Shown here: one piece after another, positions 29,460 to 40,980 of the stretch
Layout: each line of letters opens with the position of its first letter
How positions within the stretch are numbered: position 1 is the first letter of the stretch
Translations under genes and position numbers: made by a program
Source: Pseudomonadota bacterium
Lineage (GTDB): Bacteria > Pseudomonadota > Gammaproteobacteria > Pseudomonadales > Halieaceae
DNA: 64,000 nt
Assembly: GCA_039111155.1 (NCBI GenBank)
Contig: JBCCPL010000009.1
Location: 1 to 64,000, forward strand
Direction: 5' to 3'
The notes under the pieces: generated by a model
What the model was told of the DNA's origin: nothing
What the model saw: only the letters and a program-made list of their open reading frames with translations
Databases searched by the model: none

Positions 29460-29761
29460 AACCCGGTGAGCTTGTATGTGCGCAGGGTGAGATCACCCTC
29501 AACGAGGGTCGCGAAACCCGAGAGCTGGAGGTCGTGAATCACGGCGATCGTCCGGTACAGGTGGGTTCGCACTATCACTTTGCAGAGGCGAATATGGCGT
29601 TGGAGTTTGATCGTGCAGCCGCGCGCGGGTATCGATTAAATATCCCTGCCGGTACGGCGGTTCGCTTTGAGCCTGGTCAGCGACGCGAGATCGAGCTGGT
29701 GGCGCTCGCAGGAGACCGTCGGGTGTTTGGCTTTCGCGGTGATGTGATGGGAGATCTCTGA
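29456..29761 (+). CDS. ureB: urease beta subunit
   Basis: '[46 protein letters not shown]' canonical UreB; overlaps ureA/ureC by 4 and 1 nt. Confidence 0.95.
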   Translation: MKPGELVCAQGEITLNEGRETRELEVVNHGDRPVQVGSHYHFAEANMALEFDRAAARGYRLNIPAGTAVRFEPGQRREIELVALAGDRRVFGFRGDVMGDL

Positions 29762-31458
29762 TGCGCAGTATCAACCGCAGTGACTACGCCAGCATGTATG
29801 GGCCAACCGTGGGTGATCAGGTTCGTCTCGCCGACACAGACCTGTTCATTGAAGTAGAGTCTGATCGCACGCTCTACGGTGAAGAGGTCAAGTTTGGGGG
29901 CGGTAAAGTCATTCGCGACGGCATGGGGCAGGCCCAGGTAAGTTGTGCCGACAGCCCCGATACGGTGATCACCAACGCTCTGATTCTTGACTACTGGGGG
30001 ATCGTTAAGGCCGACGTTGCGTTAAATGCGGGGCGAATTCAGGCTATTGGCAAGGCAGGCAACCCCGACATTCAACCGGGAGTCACCATAACGATTGGCC
30101 CGGGAACTGAGATCATTGCCGGTGAGGGTCAGATTCTGACGGCCGGGGGAATCGACGCCCACATCCACTTTATTTGCCCTCAGCAGATCGAAGAAGCTCT
30201 GATGAGCGGAGTAACCACCATGATTGGGGGCGGTACGGGACCGGCCACCGGTACCAACGCCACCACCTGCACACCCGGACCCTGGCACATCGGCAAGATG
30301 CTGCAATCGGCCGAAGCATTCCCGATGAATCTTGGATTCTTAGGCAAGGGGAATGCGAGTTTGCCGATCGCGCTGCGTGAGCAGTTAAAGGCCGGTGCCC
30401 TGGGTCTGAAGCTGCATGAAGACTGGGGCACAACACCTGCGGCGATTGATAACTGCCTGTCGGTCGCCGAAGAGTTTGACGTGCAGGTTGCCATTCACAC
30501 CGACACGCTCAATGAATCGGGATTCGTCGAGGACACAATCGCTGCTTTTAAAGGGCGCACTATTCACACGTATCACACTGAGGGTGCCGGCGGTGGCCAC
30601 GCGCCGGACATCATAAAGGCCTGCGAGCTTCCAAACGTATTGCCCTCTTCTACCAACCCCACGCGCCCCTACACCATCAATACGGTAGACGAACACCTGG
30701 ACATGTTAATGGTGTGCCATCACCTTGATCCGTCGATCCCCGAGGACGTGGCTTTTGCAGACTCGCGTATTCGTAAGGAGACCATAGCGGCGGAAGACAT
30801 TCTTCACGATCTGGGCGCGTTCTCGATTATCTCCTCCGACTCTCAGGCCATGGGGCGTGTCGGCGAGGTAATCTGTCGAACCTGGCAAACGGCCAGCAAG
30901 ATGAAAACGCAGCGCGGCAAGCTCGCAGACGGCGCCGCCGATAATTTCCGCGCCAAACGCTACATCGCCAAGTACACGATCAATCCGGCGCGGGCGCACG
31001 GTGTTGATCACGAGGTTGGATCTATCGAGGAGGGCAAGCTTGCGGATCTGTGCTTATGGAAGCCGGCGTTCTTCGGCGTAAAGCCCTCGCTGATTATCAA
31101 AGGTGGCGCCATCGCAGCGGCGCCTATGGGAGATGCCAACGCGTCGATACCCACGCCCCAGCCGGTGCACTACCGGCCTATGTTCGGCGCCTTTGGAGGG
31201 GCGCTTCGAACGACCAGTGTGAGCTTTGTCAGTGAAGCGTCCCTGGAGCTGGGGTTGGCAGAGAAGCTGGGACTGCAACGCCCCTTGCGAGCGGTGCGTG
31301 GTTGTCGCACTGTCACTAAGGCCGACATGGTACTGAACGACTACCAACCCAAAATGGAAGTCGATCCTCAGACCTACGAGGTGCGGGCCGATGGCGAGCT
31401 TCTAACCTGTGAGCCTGCGACTGTGCTGCCGATGGCGCAGCGGTACTTTTTATTCTAA
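29761..31458 (+). CDS. ureC: urease alpha subunit (nickel metalloenzyme)
   Basis: 565 aa; '[13 protein letters not shown]', 'MVCHHLD', 'GGGHAPDII' active-site motifs. Confidence 0.95.
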   Translation: MRSINRSDYASMYGPTVGDQVRLADTDLFIEVESDRTLYGEEVKFGGGKVIRDGMGQAQVSCADSPDTVITNALILDYWGIVKADVALNAGRIQAIGKAGNPDIQPGVTITIGPGTEIIAGEGQILTAGGIDAHIHFICPQQIEEALMSGVTTMIGGGTGPATGTNATTCTPGPWHIGKMLQSAEAFPMNLGFLGKGNASLPIALREQLKAGALGLKLHEDWGTTPAAIDNCLSVAEEFDVQVAIHTDTLNESGFVEDTIAAFKGRTIHTYHTEGAGGGHAPDIIKACELPNVLPSSTNPTRPYTINTVDEHLDMLMVCHHLDPSIPEDVAFADSRIRKETIAAEDILHDLGAFSIISSDSQAMGRVGEVICRTWQTASKMKTQRGKLADGAADNFRAKRYIAKYTINPARAHGVDHEVGSIEEGKLADLCLWKPAFFGVKPSLIIKGGAIAAAPMGDANASIPTPQPVHYRPMFGAFGGALRTTSVSFVSEASLELGLAEKLGLQRPLRAVRGCRTVTKADMVLNDYQPKMEVDPQTYEVRADGELLTCEPATVLPMAQRYFLF

Positions 31459-31694
31459 GAGTTGGAGGCTGCGAACACGGCGCCGAAGAGAAACGCAGTG
31501 AAGACGCCATGCCGAACGTTCCTGATGCAACACGTGACATGCAGGGTGCAATCACAATAAGGGGGGACCTCGGTGCCCTATGTGCTGCAACCAGGAGCCT
31601 GGCTACTACGATTTACCTAGCGGCCCAGGGTAGCTGCGAGTAATCAGAAGCCTGCCCAAGAGTACATACGAAGCACGAAGTAATCGTAACGAGA

Positions 31695-32204
31695 GTGAAG
31701 AGCAACCCGATGGAAGACAACCTGTTAGAAGCCTTCGACCACACCGCCGCCTACCGAGGAGACTGGCAAGACGAAGTGCACCTGGTGTACTCAGAGCGTG
31801 AACGGTCCCGCTACCGAACCACGACCGAGGCCGGGCAGGACATCGGTTGGTTCTTGCCGAGAGGAATTGTGCTGTGCGATGGCGACGCGCTGGTATGCGA
31901 GAACAAGGAGATCATCATGATCCGGGCGGCGAGTGAGTCCCTCACCGAAGCGTACAGTGATAACCCCCATCTCTTGCTGCGCGCTGCGTATCACCTGGGG
32001 AACCGGCACGTAAGTCTCCAGGTGCTTCCCCGCGCTCTGCGTTTCCCCCGAGATCATGTTCTGGAAGACATGCTGGAAGGCCTGGGTTTGCAGCTGCGCC
32101 AGGTTGATGATGCATTTACTCCGGAAGCGGGCGCCTATACCTCGCATGCGCACGCTCATGAACATGGCGTCTCTGACTCGGACGAATCCTCGTTTCGTGC
32201 CTGA
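31695..32204 (+). CDS. ureE: urease accessory metallochaperone UreE
   Basis: 'AAYHLGNRH' motif and His-rich C-terminus (HAHAHEHG). Confidence 0.85.
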   Translation: MKSNPMEDNLLEAFDHTAAYRGDWQDEVHLVYSERERSRYRTTTEAGQDIGWFLPRGIVLCDGDALVCENKEIIMIRAASESLTEAYSDNPHLLLRAAYHLGNRHVSLQVLPRALRFPRDHVLEDMLEGLGLQLRQVDDAFTPEAGAYTSHAHAHEHGVSDSDESSFRA

Positions 32205-32913
32205 AGTTTCCAAACAGTCGATCGAGCTGGGTGCGTCGTCTGGTCAGTCAGTAGCCGCCCTCACTCAGCTGCACCTGCTTCATCTCGCCAGTCCCGCTCT
32301 GCCAATAGGTGCGTACGCCTACTCGCAGGGCCTGGAACAGGCGATTGAAGAAATGGGGATTCGTGGCAGCCAGCTGGAAAGCTGGTTGAACGACGGCCTG
32401 CAACTCGGGCTGGCCCACCTTGAGCTCCCGGTGATTCGTCGAGTGTTTGATGCGGCTGCATGCGAAGACTGGCAACGCTTGAACGAATGGAACGATACGG
32501 TGCTTGCCTTTCGCGAAACCGAGGAACTGCTGCTGGAAGACCAGCAACTCGGCTTGGCACTTGCACGCCTACTACGCAACGCAACCCAGTTCCGCCAGCC
32601 AGAGCTCACTCAGTCTCCTTCATACAGCGTCATGTTTGCCTTGGCGGCGTATTGGTGGTCGATATCGGTAGAGAGCACATGTCACGCTTTCTGCTACAGC
32701 TGGCTCGAAAATCAAATCACAGCGGCGACCAAGCTCGTGCCCCTGGGGCAGACGGAGGCTCAGCGGATGCTTCTTGCTATGCTGAACCGCATACCCGAGG
32801 CGTGCGAACACGCATGGAGGATTGACGATGAGGATCTGGGGCTGAATTTGCCGGGTCTCGCCCTCGCGTCCGCACGACATGAGTATCAGCACACTCGGCT
32901 CTTCCGATCTTGA
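32158..32913 (+). CDS. ureF: urease accessory protein UreF
   Basis: '[27 protein letters not shown]' UreF N-terminal signature. Start placed at the internal ATG 32158, so it overlaps the ureE 3' end; the longest ORF starts at 32056. Confidence 0.8.
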   Translation: MNMASLTRTNPRFVPEVSKQSIELGASSGQSVAALTQLHLLHLASPALPIGAYAYSQGLEQAIEEMGIRGSQLESWLNDGLQLGLAHLELPVIRRVFDAAACEDWQRLNEWNDTVLAFRETEELLLEDQQLGLALARLLRNATQFRQPELTQSPSYSVMFALAAYWWSISVESTCHAFCYSWLENQITAATKLVPLGQTEAQRMLLAMLNRIPEACEHAWRIDDEDLGLNLPGLALASARHEYQHTRLFRS

Positions 32914-33605
32914 GAACGCTTGCCATGAATGAAGCCAGCAAACCCTTAACAGACAAACGCGAAGGTGCCGGCAATCAGCGCCCGGCGTTACGGGTGGGAA
33001 TCGGCGGTCCGGTTGGATCCGGAAAGACGGCATTGGTCCGACGTTTGTGCGAGCAGCTCCGGGATGCGTACAGCCTCGCGGTAATAACCAATGACATATA
33101 CACACGGGAGGACGCGGAGTTTCTCCTGCGCCACGACGCCTTGGATGCCGATCGAATTCTGGGCGTCGAAACCGGAGGCTGTCCGCATACCGCGATTCGC
33201 GAAGACGCCTCAATGAATCTTGCTGCCGTGGATCAATTGCAGCAGAGCTTCTCCGATTTGCAGTTGCTCTTTATTGAGTCGGGTGGGGATAACCTGGCTG
33301 CCACATTCAGCCCTGAACTGTCTGATCTCACGCTGTACGTCATTGATGTATCAGCCGGTGACAAGATTCCCCGCAAAGGCGGACCGGGGATTACCAAATC
33401 GGACCTACTGATCATAAACAAGACTGATCTTGCACCACTCGTCGGCGCTGACCTTCAGGTTATGGATCGTGATGCGCGAAAGATGCGAGGCGACAAGCCG
33501 TTTGTGTTCAGTAATCTCAAAAGCGAGGAAGGGCTCCCCACGATCCGGGATTTTGTCGTCCGTGCCGGAATGCTTCCCTCTGTTGATGCAATGCCAAACA
33601 CCTAA
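32910..33605 (+). CDS. ureG: urease accessory GTPase UreG
   Basis: P-loop '[14 protein letters not shown]' and '[17 protein letters not shown]' motifs. Confidence 0.9.
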   Translation: MRTLAMNEASKPLTDKREGAGNQRPALRVGIGGPVGSGKTALVRRLCEQLRDAYSLAVITNDIYTREDAEFLLRHDALDADRILGVETGGCPHTAIREDASMNLAAVDQLQQSFSDLQLLFIESGGDNLAATFSPELSDLTLYVIDVSAGDKIPRKGGPGITKSDLLIINKTDLAPLVGADLQVMDRDARKMRGDKPFVFSNLKSEEGLPTIRDFVVRAGMLPSVDAMPNT

Positions 33606-33642
33606 TGCTCAATGTGCGCCAACCTGAACCAAATACACGCTG

Positions 33643-35178
33643 ATGATCCGATTTCTGCACGGGTTTGAGGAAGTCGCAATTCGAGACGCTCGCGCCGATA
33701 CGACGGTGCTTAAGTACCTGCGTGATCAAAGCAACATGAAAGGCACCAAGGAAGGGTGCGCGTCGGGCGACTGCGGGGCCTGCACGGTCGTGACCGCATG
33801 TTCGGTGAACGGGCAATTGCACTACGAGCCGATAAACGCGTGCATCGCCACTCTCGGCGGTCTTCATGGAAAGCAATTGATCAGCGTTGAGCAGCTGGCT
33901 GATGACGAGGGTTTGCATCCGGTGCAGAAAGCGATGGTCGACAATCACGGCTCCCAGTGCGGTTTCTGTACCCCGGGCTTTGTGATGTCGATGTTTGCTT
34001 TCTTTCATCAACAGCAGCGCACAGCCCAGGGGACTGGACCTGATCCAACACTGGCAAACCCAGTGGATGATCATGCTGTGCACGAGGCGCTCGGCGGTAA
34101 CCTGTGTCGCTGCACTGGGTACCGCCCCATCGTTGATGCGGCCAAAGATGCCGTGACGCAAAGGCAGCACACCGGATCGCCCGACAAGTTCGAGCGACAG
34201 GAACAACAAACACTCGATAAGCTTAAACGGCTTAAGGCTGATCACCAGGAGCCAGCAAAACTTGAATGTGAGGACAGCCGCTACTTTCGTCCGCGCACCG
34301 GTCAGGGTGTTGCAGACCTACTGCAACAGTTCCCAGAAGCTCGATTGATCGCAGGGGGTACGGATTTGCTCCTGGAGCACACGCAGCAACTGAAACCGCT
34401 CGCTCAACTCATTGATCTTAAGTCTGTCCCCGAGCTGATGGAACTGGGTGCCGACGCTTCGGCCATCAGAATAGGGGCCGCTGTCACACATGCCCAAGCG
34501 CTGGACCTGGTGTTTGCCGATTATCCGGAGCTTAGAGAGCTAATCGAGCGTTTTGGTTCGTTACAAATCCGAAGCCAGGGGACCGTGGTAGGCAACGTTG
34601 CCAATGCATCCCCCATCGGAGACTGGCCTCCCGTTTTACTGGCACTCGATGCGACCCTGGTGATCCAGTCGAGCGTCGCCCAGCGGTTACTCCCCATCGA
34701 TGAGTTTTTCCTAGACTACCGGAAGACTTCCCTTCAGCCCGGGGAATTCCTGCGCGAGATACACATCCCCAGAAGACCTGCCGGCCTTTTCCTTCGCGCC
34801 TACAAGATTAGCAAACGCTATGAGGACGACGTATCGAGCGTGTGCGGAGTTTTCGCGTTGCGCTTAGACGACCAGGAGATCGAGCCTCGCATTACCGAGG
34901 CGCGAGTGGCGCTTGGCGGTATGGCAGCTGTTCCCACGCGAGCCAAGAGTTGCGAGCAGGCATTACGAACGCGCACGATGTCGGAGCGCTCGCTCAATGA
35001 CGCGGCCCAGGTACTCCATGACGAGTTTGATCCCATCAGTGATGCACGAGCAAGCGCAGGCTACCGGCGTCGTGTCGCGTCGAATTTACTCCGCAGGGTT
35101 GCCATCGAGTTTGGTGGGCAAACAGCAACTCGAACTCATACGCACTCGGTAGTAGCGTTTTACCCGGAGCCAGGCTGA
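33643..35178 (+). CDS. xdhA: xanthine dehydrogenase small subunit (2Fe-2S + FAD-binding)
   Basis: Two [2Fe-2S] cysteine clusters ('GCASGDCGACTV', 'CGFCTPG', 'CRCTGYRPI') and FAD-binding CO-dehydrogenase-flavoprotein domain ('RLIAGGTDLLL'). Confidence 0.85.
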   Translation: MIRFLHGFEEVAIRDARADTTVLKYLRDQSNMKGTKEGCASGDCGACTVVTACSVNGQLHYEPINACIATLGGLHGKQLISVEQLADDEGLHPVQKAMVDNHGSQCGFCTPGFVMSMFAFFHQQQRTAQGTGPDPTLANPVDDHAVHEALGGNLCRCTGYRPIVDAAKDAVTQRQHTGSPDKFERQEQQTLDKLKRLKADHQEPAKLECEDSRYFRPRTGQGVADLLQQFPEARLIAGGTDLLLEHTQQLKPLAQLIDLKSVPELMELGADASAIRIGAAVTHAQALDLVFADYPELRELIERFGSLQIRSQGTVVGNVANASPIGDWPPVLLALDATLVIQSSVAQRLLPIDEFFLDYRKTSLQPGEFLREIHIPRRPAGLFLRAYKISKRYEDDVSSVCGVFALRLDDQEIEPRITEARVALGGMAAVPTRAKSCEQALRTRTMSERSLNDAAQVLHDEFDPISDARASAGYRRRVASNLLRRVAIEFGGQTATRTHTHSVVAFYPEPG

Positions 35179-37538
35179 TGGATCGAACCGATCCTCACTC
35201 CCTGCCCCTGTCGCGCGGATCACCGGTAGGAACGGTCGGTCAGCGGACGGCGCATGAGAGTGCGGCCAAGCATGTGAGTGGCGCTGCGTTGTATGTCGAC
35301 GACATACCCACTCCAATGGAAGCTCTGCATGCTTATGTGGGTCTTTCGACGGTCGCGCGAGGACGACTTCGCAGCCTGAATCTAGACAAGGTCCGCAGTG
35401 CGCCCGGTGTCGTCGATGTACTGACCCGCGATGAAATCCCGGGCCATAAAGACATAGGCCCGGTCTATCCGGGCGATCCGCTGCTTCTTGGTGAAGATGA
35501 CGAAATAGAGTTTCACGGGCAGGTGTTGTTCTGTGTTGCGGCCGAGTCCTACGATTTGGCACGCAGAGCCGTACAGCTTGCCGAAATCGTCTGTGATCCG
35601 CTGCCCCCAGTGCTCAGCATTGAAGAAGGCCTGGCAGTAGAATCCTTCGTGCGCCCTTCCCACACGCAGCGACGCGGTGAGGTCGGGCCTGCGCTCGATG
35701 CTTCCCCGCACCGGCTTCAGGGTGAGCTCAGGATAGGCGGTCAGGAGCAGATGTATCTGGAAGGTCAGGTTTCTCTATGTATCCCCGAAGAAGACGGCGG
35801 TATGCTCGTGTACTCCTCCACCCAGAATCCTACCGAAGGTCAGAAGCTGGTGGCAGAGGTACTGGGAGTGCCGATGCATAAGGTGACCGTGGACGCGCGC
35901 CGTATGGGTGGCGCTTTTGGTGGCAAGGAAACCCACGCCAATCAATGGGCGTGCCTGGCGGCAGTCCATGCCCGTCGCACCGGGCGCGCCGTCAAACTTC
36001 GTCTGGCTCGCAGCGAAGACATGCGCGCGACGGGCAAGCGCCACCATTTCTTGAGTCAGTACACCGTGGGTTATGACGATAAAGGTCTTATCCAGGCTCT
36101 GGATCTTTCGTTGGCTGGTGGGTGCGGCATGTCTCCGGATCTGTCGGATGCGATTGTGGATCGCGCGATGTTCCATTCGGACAATGCCTATTTCGTACCC
36201 CACATGCACGTGATCGGTCACCGAGTTAAAACAAATACCGTCTCGAACACGGCGTTTCGCGGCTTTGGCGGACCACAGGGGATGGTGGCCATTGAGGACA
36301 TCATCGACGCCGTTGCCCGCTCCGTCGCCGTCGATCCACTGACAGTTCGTAAAAGTAATCTCTACAGCGCGAACGGTGATCGCAACGTCACGCACTATGG
36401 GCAAACCGTAGATACACGTGTAATGCTCAGGTTGATTGATCGTCTTGAGCGTAGCTCGGACTACTGGCAGCGCCGGAAGGCGATTCAGGAATTTAACTCG
36501 GCCAACCGTGTTCTTAAGCGTGGCCTTGCACTTACGCCCGTGAAATTCGGGATCTCGTTCACGCTCAAGCACCTGAATCAGGCTGGGGCGTTGCTGCATG
36601 TCTACACCGACGGCAGCATCCAGCTCAATCACGGCGGCACCGAGATGGGTCAGGGCCTCTACACAAAGGTGGCTCAGGTGGTCGCCAATGAGCTACAGGT
36701 CGATATCGGCACGATTCGCTGTACGGCCACCCGCACGGACAAGGTGCCCAATACCTCCCCGACCGCTGCCTCTTCCGGGAGCGATCTGAATGGAATGGCG
36801 GCGCTCGCTGCCGCCCGCACCATTCGCAGGCGGCTCGAGAGCTTTGCCGCGGCTCACTTCGACGTACCGCTCGATGAGGTGGTCTTCAGTCGCAATCATG
36901 TGCGTGTGGGCACGCGGGAGCTCAGCTTCGCAGAGCTGGCAGAACTGGCTTACCGGAATCGCGTTCAGCTCTCGGCAACTGGGTACTACAAGACACCGAA
37001 GATTCACTACGACCGGGCCACCGCGACCGGCCGCCCATTTTATTACTACGCCAATGGTGCGGCGGTATCTGAGGTGGTGATCGACACGCTGACGGGCGAG
37101 TATCGCGTCGACCGGGTAGATATCTGTCACGACGTGGGGCGTTCGCTGAACCCGGCCATCGATATCGGGCAGATTGAGGGAGGATTCATCCAGGGTATGG
37201 GCTGGCTGACCACCGAGGAGCTGGCCTGGGACGACAGCGGCCGACTGCTCACGACCGGTCCCGCGACATATAAGATCCCGGCAATCGGCGACACACCAAC
37301 AGCCTTCAATGTCGAGCTCTTGCCGGACAGCCCCAATGCTGAAGAGACCGTCTTTCGATCCAAGGCTGTTGGTGAACCACCACTCATGCTAGCTATCTCA
37401 GTGTGGTCCGCCATTCGCGATGCGGTAGCGAGCCTAGCCGATTATCGAGTGCACCCTCCGCTCGATCCGCCCGCAACCGCTGAGCGGGTTTTAGACGCCT
37501 GTGTGGCCATGCAAGCTCTTGGGAAGAAGACGCCATGA
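35178..37538 (+). CDS. xdhB: xanthine dehydrogenase molybdopterin-binding large subunit
   Basis: 786 aa; aldehyde-oxidase/xanthine-DH a/b-hammerhead and MoCo-binding motifs ('GGAFGGKE', 'GQGLYTKVAQV', 'FRSKAVGEPPL'). Confidence 0.85.
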   Translation: MDRTDPHSLPLSRGSPVGTVGQRTAHESAAKHVSGAALYVDDIPTPMEALHAYVGLSTVARGRLRSLNLDKVRSAPGVVDVLTRDEIPGHKDIGPVYPGDPLLLGEDDEIEFHGQVLFCVAAESYDLARRAVQLAEIVCDPLPPVLSIEEGLAVESFVRPSHTQRRGEVGPALDASPHRLQGELRIGGQEQMYLEGQVSLCIPEEDGGMLVYSSTQNPTEGQKLVAEVLGVPMHKVTVDARRMGGAFGGKETHANQWACLAAVHARRTGRAVKLRLARSEDMRATGKRHHFLSQYTVGYDDKGLIQALDLSLAGGCGMSPDLSDAIVDRAMFHSDNAYFVPHMHVIGHRVKTNTVSNTAFRGFGGPQGMVAIEDIIDAVARSVAVDPLTVRKSNLYSANGDRNVTHYGQTVDTRVMLRLIDRLERSSDYWQRRKAIQEFNSANRVLKRGLALTPVKFGISFTLKHLNQAGALLHVYTDGSIQLNHGGTEMGQGLYTKVAQVVANELQVDIGTIRCTATRTDKVPNTSPTAASSGSDLNGMAALAAARTIRRRLESFAAAHFDVPLDEVVFSRNHVRVGTRELSFAELAELAYRNRVQLSATGYYKTPKIHYDRATATGRPFYYYANGAAVSEVVIDTLTGEYRVDRVDICHDVGRSLNPAIDIGQIEGGFIQGMGWLTTEELAWDDSGRLLTTGPATYKIPAIGDTPTAFNVELLPDSPNAEETVFRSKAVGEPPLMLAISVWSAIRDAVASLADYRVHPPLDPPATAERVLDACVAMQALGKKTP

Positions 37539-38455
37539 GGTCCTCGAATACGCACTGGAGCGAGTGGGTCAGAAGCTGCGAACTGCAGGGGCATGCCTAT
37601 GTGCTGATCACTGTGCTGGGTGCCCGCGGCTCGACGCCCCGAGACTCAGGCACAAAGATGCTGGTGTCCAACGGTCGCGAAGACAGTTCTGGGATCGTTA
37701 GCACGGTCTACGGCACAATTGGTGGTGGTCGTCTTGAGTACCTCGCGCTGCAGAAAGCCGCAACGTGCCTGAGCAATCCCCACGGCGGCCAATGGGTCGA
37801 GAACTTTCCCCTTGGCGAGAAGCTGGGTCAATGCTGTGGCGGCAGCGTGACTCTACTGTTCGAACTGTTCGTCCCGTGCTACCCGCAGATTCTGCTGTTC
37901 GGAGCAGGACATGTGGGTCGTGCACTCGCACAGGTCTTAGCGTCGCTGCCAATACGGCTCAAATGGATCGATTCGCGATTCGACGAGTTTCCGGAATCGA
38001 TACCCGACAATGTGGTGAAGGTTTGCACCGATGACCCGATCGCCGAGCTTAGCGCCGCATCCGCTGGCAGTTTTTACATCGTGATGACCCACGAGCACCC
38101 CCTCGACTTTGCGCTTGCTGAGACGGCGCTCAAGCGAGAAGACGCAGCTTACGTGGGCGTCATTGGTTCTGAGCGCAAGGCACAGCGATTCAGGATGCGA
38201 TTGGAGCATCGTGGCTTTTCCACAGCGCAAATCGCCCAGATGCGATGCCCCATCGGATTACCCGAAGTGCGAGGCAAGCAACCGGCCGAGATCGCTGTCT
38301 CGGTGGCCGGCGAAGTCATTGTGGCCTACCAGAAGTACATCGATCACAGTGGCGTTGCAAGCGCAGCTCCGCGATGGAAAGAGTTGCAGACCCTGCTGCA
38401 AACCAGTGAATCAACGCTTGCAGAATCCGATCTTCCCGTGGACACGAACTCATGA
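37535..38455 (+). CDS. xdhC: xanthine dehydrogenase accessory/MoCo-insertion protein XdhC
   Basis: XdhC/CoxI family; N-domain with 'LGARGSTPRDSG' and Rossmann-like C-domain 'ILLFGAGHVGRAL'. Overlaps xdhB stop by 4 nt. Confidence 0.75.
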   Translation: MRSSNTHWSEWVRSCELQGHAYVLITVLGARGSTPRDSGTKMLVSNGREDSSGIVSTVYGTIGGGRLEYLALQKAATCLSNPHGGQWVENFPLGEKLGQCCGGSVTLLFELFVPCYPQILLFGAGHVGRALAQVLASLPIRLKWIDSRFDEFPESIPDNVVKVCTDDPIAELSAASAGSFYIVMTHEHPLDFALAETALKREDAAYVGVIGSERKAQRFRMRLEHRGFSTAQIAQMRCPIGLPEVRGKQPAEIAVSVAGEVIVAYQKYIDHSGVASAAPRWKELQTLLQTSESTLAESDLPVDTNS

Positions 38456-39489
38456 CTGCCGCTGATACCGAACGCTATGCGGACGACTTCATGTTTCGTT
38501 ACATCAATCTGCTGGCGGAGCGTGTGGGTGGACGTGCAATTGACTGCAGTGATCAGTGGTTCGCGAGTTGCGACAATTTGGTTAAGCCAGGACGCGGCGT
38601 ATTCGAACAGGGTCGGTTCACCGAGCGTGGGCAGTGGATGGATGGCTGGGAATCAAGGCGCAGCTATGGCCGGCGGTTTCGCAGCTCCGGAATCGACCAT
38701 GACTGGTGCATTTTGCGGCTAGGGCTACCGGGCGTAGTACGCGGCGTCGACGTCGATACCCTGCACTTTCGGGGGAACGCCCCACTCCAGGTCGCTGTGG
38801 ATGCCACGAAAGTCACCCTCGACCCGGAACCCAGTACGGTTTGGACCCAGATCATTCCGCTGACCGACATTCTGCCCGATGAGCAAAACCCAATACCGTG
38901 CGACAACGAGGGTTGCTGGTCGCATCTACGCCTTAGGATATATCCAGACGGAGGTGTATCGCGGCTGCGCGTGTACGGCGAGGTGATACCCAATCCGGAT
39001 GACTACGTGTCCGGGGAGTTGATTGATCTGGCGTCAGCCGCCATGGGCGGTCGCGGTGTGGCGGCGTCGGACCAGTTTTTCTCGTCCACCGACAATCTGA
39101 TTATGCCCGGTCGGGGAGTAAACATGGGGGACGGTTGGGAGACTCGCCGTCGCCGCGACGAAGGGAATGACTGGGCGATTATCCGTTTAGGGCGTCCGGG
39201 TACGATTCGTAAGGTACTGTTGGACACCGCGCACTTGCGTGGCAACTACCCGGATCGATTCAGCCTGGAGGCCTGTAACGCCCCCAACACCATTGTGCCC
39301 GACGACGATGTGGGCTGGAGCCCGGTGATCCACCAGCACCGCTTGTGCCCAGATCGAGAACATCTATTCACAAAAGATGTGATATGTCCGCCGGAGTATG
39401 AGTTTACGCACGTGCGTTTGCAGATTTACCCGGATGGCGGCGTCAGTCGCCTGAGAATCCTGGGGCATGCGAACTGGTCAGCACCGTGA
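38452..39489 (+). CDS. alc: allantoicase
   Basis: Two tandem allantoicase repeats, each with the 'DGWESRR' / 'DGWETRRRR' motif; 345 aa. Confidence 0.85.
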   Translation: MTAADTERYADDFMFRYINLLAERVGGRAIDCSDQWFASCDNLVKPGRGVFEQGRFTERGQWMDGWESRRSYGRRFRSSGIDHDWCILRLGLPGVVRGVDVDTLHFRGNAPLQVAVDATKVTLDPEPSTVWTQIIPLTDILPDEQNPIPCDNEGCWSHLRLRIYPDGGVSRLRVYGEVIPNPDDYVSGELIDLASAAMGGRGVAASDQFFSSTDNLIMPGRGVNMGDGWETRRRRDEGNDWAIIRLGRPGTIRKVLLDTAHLRGNYPDRFSLEACNAPNTIVPDDDVGWSPVIHQHRLCPDREHLFTKDVICPPEYEFTHVRLQIYPDGGVSRLRILGHANWSAP

Positions 39490-40004
39490 GTCACGTGATT
39501 GCAACTACGCTACAAGCGTTTAACGCCCTTGGCGACAGCGACGCTTATGCACGGTTGGAGCACTGTTGTACAAGCACGCGATGGATAGAGGGGATGTTGG
39601 CTCGGCGCCCGTTCGACAGCGAAAGTACTTTACGTGTGGCGAGTGACGAGGTCTGGCACGACTGTGGCGTGAACGACTGGCTCGAGGCGTTTGAGGGCCA
39701 CCCCAAAATCGGCGACATGGCATCGCTCCAGCGAAAGTACGCCGATACGCAGGCGCTTGCTGCCGGAGAGCAGGCCGGGGTTCAGGGAGCAGCGACCGAT
39801 ACGCTAGAGCGACTCGCTGCGGGGAATCACGAGTACGAAGAGCGTTTCGGCTTTATCTTTATCGTTTGCGCATCGGGGAAGAGCGCCGACGAAATGCTGG
39901 ATCTCCTCGAAGCAAGGCTGGGTAATTCGCGGGAAGAAGAGCTTTCAATCGCCGCACAAGAGCAGCGCAAAATCACACAAATTCGATTGGATACTCTACT
40001 GTGA
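39486..40004 (+). CDS. uraD: 2-oxo-4-hydroxy-4-carboxy-5-ureidoimidazoline (OHCU) decarboxylase
   Basis: 'FEGHPKIGD' His-Pro-x-Ile-Gly motif and C-terminal helical bundle typical of UraD/PucL-N; 172 aa. Confidence 0.8.
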   Translation: MSHVIATTLQAFNALGDSDAYARLEHCCTSTRWIEGMLARRPFDSESTLRVASDEVWHDCGVNDWLEAFEGHPKIGDMASLQRKYADTQALAAGEQAGVQGAATDTLERLAAGNHEYEERFGFIFIVCASGKSADEMLDLLEARLGNSREEELSIAAQEQRKITQIRLDTLL

Positions 40005-40366
40005 GCCAGATAACCACTCATGTTCTGGACACCGCTCGGGGCTGCCCCGCCGACGGCCTGGCCATTCAGCTATTTGAGAGGCATGGCGACGAATGGGTGC
40101 TGCGCGGTGACGGTGTGACCAATTCAGATGGCCGCATCGGCGATCTTCTGCCGCCCGAGACGATACTCGCCGCCGGTGAGTACCGCATGCATTTTGCCAC
40201 CGGGCCCTATCTCAGCCTGCACGCAGCGGCCTTATCGGAGACTGAAGACAGTGCTCCGTTCTATCCTTACGTCGATGTGGTCTTTCATCTCAGGGATGGC
40301 GGAGAGCACTATCACATACCGCTGCTGCTCTCGCCCTACTCCTACTCCACCTACCGCGGCAGCTAG
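40001..40366 (+). CDS. uraH: 5-hydroxyisourate hydrolase (transthyretin-like)
   Basis: 'ITTHVLDTARGCPADGL' N-terminus and diagnostic C-terminal 'YRGS' tetrapeptide. Confidence 0.9.
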   Translation: MSQITTHVLDTARGCPADGLAIQLFERHGDEWVLRGDGVTNSDGRIGDLLPPETILAAGEYRMHFATGPYLSLHAAALSETEDSAPFYPYVDVVFHLRDGGEHYHIPLLLSPYSYSTYRGS

Positions 40367-40464
40367 TCGTAGGGCGGTTGGCTCTCGGACTGTCAATGAT
40401 CTGAACCGCCTGAGATTTGCAACTTAAATGCCTATAAAAAACAGATATTTGCGAGCTTAATTTA

Positions 40465-40962
40465 GTGAAAAATCTCGCTCTTTCTGCTCTTACCGCGGAT
40501 GCCTTTTCGGCCTTTGGCGATGTCGTCGACAGCACGGTTGTCTGCGATCAGTATCCCATCAATGCGGGGCGAACAACCCGTCATCACGCGCTATCCCGCG
40601 TCGACTGTAGTAACGAAGATGGCGAGCCCGTGATCAGCATCTTTCGCGCGTCGCCAGTAGAGGATGGCTTTGTGATGCACGGCATGGAACGCCATCCACT
40701 TGGCTCGCAAACCTTCGTCAATCTATCGCCTTATCCCTACGCTATCGTGGTCGCCCCCGTTGGCGAGTTCGATGAAAGCAAGATAGTGGGTTTTATCGCA
40801 AGACCCCAGCAAAGCATTACGTACCATCGCGGCACCTGGCATCACTATCTTCTGGCCCTGGAAGGTGCTTCTGACTTTGTCGTGATTGATCGAGTTGGGC
40901 CTGGGGAGAACTGCGACGAGGTAGCACTTGCCAACCCACTAAAACTAACCCTTCCGCGATAA
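40465..40962 (+). CDS. allA: ureidoglycolate lyase (cupin fold)
   Basis: N-terminus 'LSALTADAFSAFGDVVD' and 'GTWHHYLLALEGASDFVVIDRVGPGENCDE', typical of AllA. Confidence 0.8.
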   Translation: MKNLALSALTADAFSAFGDVVDSTVVCDQYPINAGRTTRHHALSRVDCSNEDGEPVISIFRASPVEDGFVMHGMERHPLGSQTFVNLSPYPYAIVVAPVGEFDESKIVGFIARPQQSITYHRGTWHHYLLALEGASDFVVIDRVGPGENCDEVALANPLKLTLPR

Positions 40963-40980
40963 GCGATCCTTAGTTCAGCC

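Noticed and set aside
32248-33213. Minus-strand ORFs (99-197 aa) antisense to ureF/ureG
   Set aside because: Overlap canonical, well-conserved urease accessory genes. Arg/Pro-rich antisense-type composition.
35775-37130. 285-aa and 145-aa minus-strand ORFs inside xdhB
   Set aside because: Antisense to the xanthine dehydrogenase large-subunit gene, whose motifs are unambiguous.
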